Assembly (NCBI RefSeq): GCF_006345805.1
Contig: NC_043006.1
Location: forward strand, 30,070,001-30,134,000
DNA from: Octopus sinensis
Lineage: Eukaryota
Length of the DNA: 64,000 nt
Reading direction: 5' to 3'
Shown: positions 60,200-64,000 of the stretch, piece by piece
How positions within the stretch are numbered: the stretch's first letter is position 1
How the letters are laid out: each line of letters opens with the position of its first letter
Notes under the pieces: model-generated
What the model saw: the letters and a program-made list of their open reading frames with translations, nothing else
Told to the model about the DNA's origin: nothing
Database searches by the model: none
Made by a program: the position numbers and the translations under genes

Positions 60200-62330
60200 C
60201 CTCATTCATCATTTAATACCTGTTTTCCATTCGTGCATGAGCTGGACTGTTTGATAGGAGTTGGCCAACCAGAGAACTGCCCAATCTCCATTTGTCTGAT
60301 TTTGGCTTGGTTTCTATAGCTGGATGCCCTTTCTAGTGCCAACCACTCCAAGAGTGTAGTGGGTACCTTTTACATGCCAGCAGCACAGGTGCCAGTTATG
60401 AAACACTGGCATGAACTATGACTCTGATCTCACTTGTCTTGACAGCTCTTCTCAAGCATAGGATGTTGCCAAAGGTCTCACTCACTGCCTTCGTGATGCC
60501 TAACGTTTGAAGGGTGCTCTCTTAGTGCCACTGGTATGAAAACCTGTTAAATGTCACTAGCATTAGCCATGACTGCAATTTCACTTGGTTTGATGAGTCT
60601 TGTCAAGCACAGCATATCACCAAAGGTGTCGGTCGCTTGTCATTGCCCCCATGAGGTCCAACATTTGAAGATCATGCTTCACCACCTCATCCCATGTCTT
60701 CCTGAGTCTACCTCTTCCACAGGTTCCTCCACAGTTAGAGATTGGCACTTCTACATACAGCTGTCCTCATCCATGTGCGTAATATGACCATACTAGCACA
60801 GTCGTCTCTCTTGCGCACCACATTTGATGCCTCATGCTTAACTTTTCTCTGTGTCCTTTGCAGTCACAGCCCAAGCATAGCTGTTCACACACAAGTGTCA
60901 ACAATCTACCCTTCACTCTGATGGAGAGGCCTTTTGTAATAGACTAAAGTAGGAGCTCTCTGAACGTTGCTCAGCTTATTCTTATTCTAGCAGCTAAGCT
61001 CTCAGAGCATCCATTTTTGCCTGTTAACCTTCCTCTGATATTGCTACACCTTATGTGTTCATAGCTTACACCGAGTACATTTTGTGGAGTTCCTTCCTAT
61101 GCCTTTTCTCCAGATCAAGCACGGCCATCTACCTGAAGGGATTTGCCTGCTCTCTTACTGACTGGTTTTTACAAGATTAGCTCTAAGGGCCTTTGATTCT
61201 AGACTTTGCTTCCATGTCTGAAATGTCTTCTAGTTCTTGTAGTGATTCAGCTATAAGAACATGGTCGTCACCATAGAGGAACTCCCAGGGGCAGCCCGTC
61301 TTAAATTCCTCTGTTATTGCCTGGAGGACTATGATGAACAAGAGTGGGGCTGATGACTGATCCTTGTTGAACCCCTATTTGCACCCTGAATTCATCACTA
61401 TATTTGTTGCTAACCTTTACCTTACTGATTGCATCCTTGCACATGGCTTGTACAGCTCTCACCAACCTCTCATCTATCCCTAGCTTTTGCATTGACCACC
61501 TAATAAGGGAGCAGGCGACCCTTTCAAAGGCTGTCTCCATGTGAACAAAAACTAGGTATAGAGGTTTATTTTTGGCTACATATTTCTCCTGCAGTTGTTT
61601 AACCAGGAATATAGCATCAGTCGTGCTCCTTCCTGGTGCAAATCATCTACACTTACTCTCTCCCTAATTAATTGACTTTCATCACCTGGTCCAGCAATGT
61701 GATGTCCTCTGTAATTTTCTGTCTAAGGCATCACCTTTACCTTTGTAGCAGCTGACTGTAATACTGCTACACCTGGTGACTAGACTATATACTACTCCAT
61801 CAGATATTTTAAACATCTCAGTAGTGATTCCTGATTGGGATGGGGGCTTTCCCTGTCATCATGTCCTTAATTGCTTTATCTACTAAGCTGCTGTTGATTT
61901 GGATAGCTGGTCACTCAGTTGGATCTACATTAGGCAGACTCTCCTTTTTCCACTCATTTTCCACATTTAGGAGCCTTTCATAATGGCATTTCTAAGCTTC
62001 TTTCTTTGCAGAATCATTAAATGCAAGTGCACCATCAACTATGTGGACACATTTCTCTCTTATGACATTACGATTTTCTCGTACGCACTAACTTACCACC
62101 TGAAACATTTCAAGTCTCTGGTCCTCACCTCACAGAACATAGGCAAACTTCTTTTCTGTTTTTCCTCTGGCTTGATACACCTGCCTCTTAGCTTCCTTTC
62201 TGGCTATCTGATACAGTTTGCTGCTAACCCCACATTTCGAATCCTGTTTCTTTGCTCTAAGGGCCTTGTCTACAGTATCATTCCACCACCATGTCACACC
62301 AGGTCTGGCTGGGGCTTTGCACTAGACACA
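60200..62330 (-). mobile_element. Long decayed RTE LINE (RT, C-terminus and tail)
   Basis: QFAPGRSTTDAIFLVKQLQEKY, AFERVACSLIRWSMQKLGIDERLVRAVQAM, GVQQGSVISP, LPWELLYGDD, plus the shared tail. Confidence 0.88.
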
Positions 62331-64000
62331 GATTTGATCTGTGGCATTAAGCAAGCTGTCCTGCAGGAATTCCAAGTTGCCCACTAATGTTATTAAGTAA
62401 TCCAGTCTCTGTTTGGTACATGCAGTAATGTGGATGAGACTGGTGGTGGGAGGAGCTATGAAAGTCTTCTGGTAGAGGAGAGGCTTTTCATACTGGTGGT
62501 GGTGCGGCAGTGGAGTCATGTAGAGATTTCCAATATAGGTGGTGGGTACATCATGGATAAGTAAAAAGGCCAACTTCACTGAAGGAAATAACAGCCAAAA
62601 CAGAAAGACATGCGAAGGGTAAAGAGAGAGAAACTTGAAAAGCTTAACTGCCAGAGAAATCATAGCGAAATATGGAAAGACATGGGTTATGAAACAGGGA
62701 GAGAATATTGTAAAAATGAAAGCAAGCAGGTGTTGAGAATTATGAATTTTGAAAATTAGGTTAAATCAGATTACAGTCAGGTTAGTATTATGAAATGACA
62801 AGAGTTGTCTGTTAAAAACACGAAAATAGTTTTTCTTTGTATTTTAGTTGGTAATGAATAAATGGCTGTTAACATTGGACTTGAATTTTGTTTAAGGATC
62901 AGGCAGAGTTATTTCTTTTAGCATGGCTAAACTATCAATTCAGAATCTTTGCATTGTTCTGGATAGAGTATAGTAAATACATCTGAAATATGGTATTATT
63001 TAAGTGTAATTTCAAAACGAAATCAGGCCTTAAACAGGATAAATTAGCCGCTTCCCCCGGGAACCTAAATGTAAACTGTGATACTTGTATCAACTTGGCA
63101 TGGGGAATCATTCCTGGATCATAACCCAGCAAGTTCACTATGTTTATCAGCAGAGTTGATATTGGTTGCAGTGTATGTACCAGTATTTATATATCTTATC
63201 ATAGTAAGCCAAGTATGACAATAGAACAATGCAGCAGTGAATAGAAAGGTGTACAATACCTGCTGTTGTAATATTTTTTAACTTGGAGTAACATGAAATA
63301 GGGTCATTCAATATATAATATGTGTGTGTGTATGCACATACTTATATATATATAGAGATAGACAGAATGTAGGTGTGTATGTGTAATACATATATGATGC
63401 AAAATTATACAGAAGACAGAGGCAGGTGAGGGAACAACAAACAAGGTGGGTGAGTTTTGATACTCATATATATAGTTTTATGCTAAAAAGCAGTGCGTAG
63501 TACCTGAAGGTTGAACTTGAGTCAAGTCTGACAAACTACTCCAAATTGTTGTTAGAGTATCTGCAGGAGTGGAGTCAAGCCCAGCTGGTTTGTATTGACA
63601 TTGAGTCATATTAGTTGTAGTAATGAAGTCAAACTAAACAAACTGATATTTTGAAACCATTTAATATTAGTGTAGCAGTGATTTGAAACCCTCACCAATA
63701 GATAATCATTCAGACACCACCATAGTTTCATGTGATTGGATTGATAATTGACCCTTGAGTGTGAGGCTGTGGCATGACATGATTTTCTTAAAAGTTCTAG
63801 AATTTGATTTCAAGTCTCCTATAAAAACCATTTGGTGCACAGTTTGGACTGAAGATTACCAAGGACATCTGTTGCCATGGAGATTTGAACAGTACATCTT
63901 TCTTTTAAAGCTTGGTACTTATTTTATTAATGACTTTTGGTGAACTGCTAAGTTATAATAAAGATATAAACAAGCCAACAGCTTGTTAAGAGGTGGCAGG

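Overview
AT-rich, microsatellite- and SINE-laden animal genomic DNA. The SINE families and long (TA)n tracts suggest an octopus or other coleoid cephalopod (inference). Two host genes lie on the + strand. The first is the 3' two-thirds of ATP-citrate lyase (ACLY): 18 firmly supported GT-AG exons with fully consistent phases, plus one candidate linker exon at 346-432, running from 143 to the stop at 39254. The second is an intronless ANKMY2 (55913-57145). The rest is a transposon graveyard: three Penelope-like (PLE) relics, RTE LINE pieces, two tRNA-SINE families, two divergently oriented Merlin transposases, a Helitron relic, a Helentron/DINE-like element, a full-length Tc1 and a maT-like element. 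The most notable signal, invisible in the ORF track, is a set of type-I hammerhead ribozymes (HHR). One textbook 43-nt minimal HHR lies on the - strand at 44332-44374 inside a (TA)n-bracketed non-coding element. A mirrored pair of 90-91-nt HHRs (50288-50377 -, 51102-51192 +) sits at the outer ends of a ~98% identical, 965-bp palindrome. All coordinates were read by eye; repeat boundaries are approximate.
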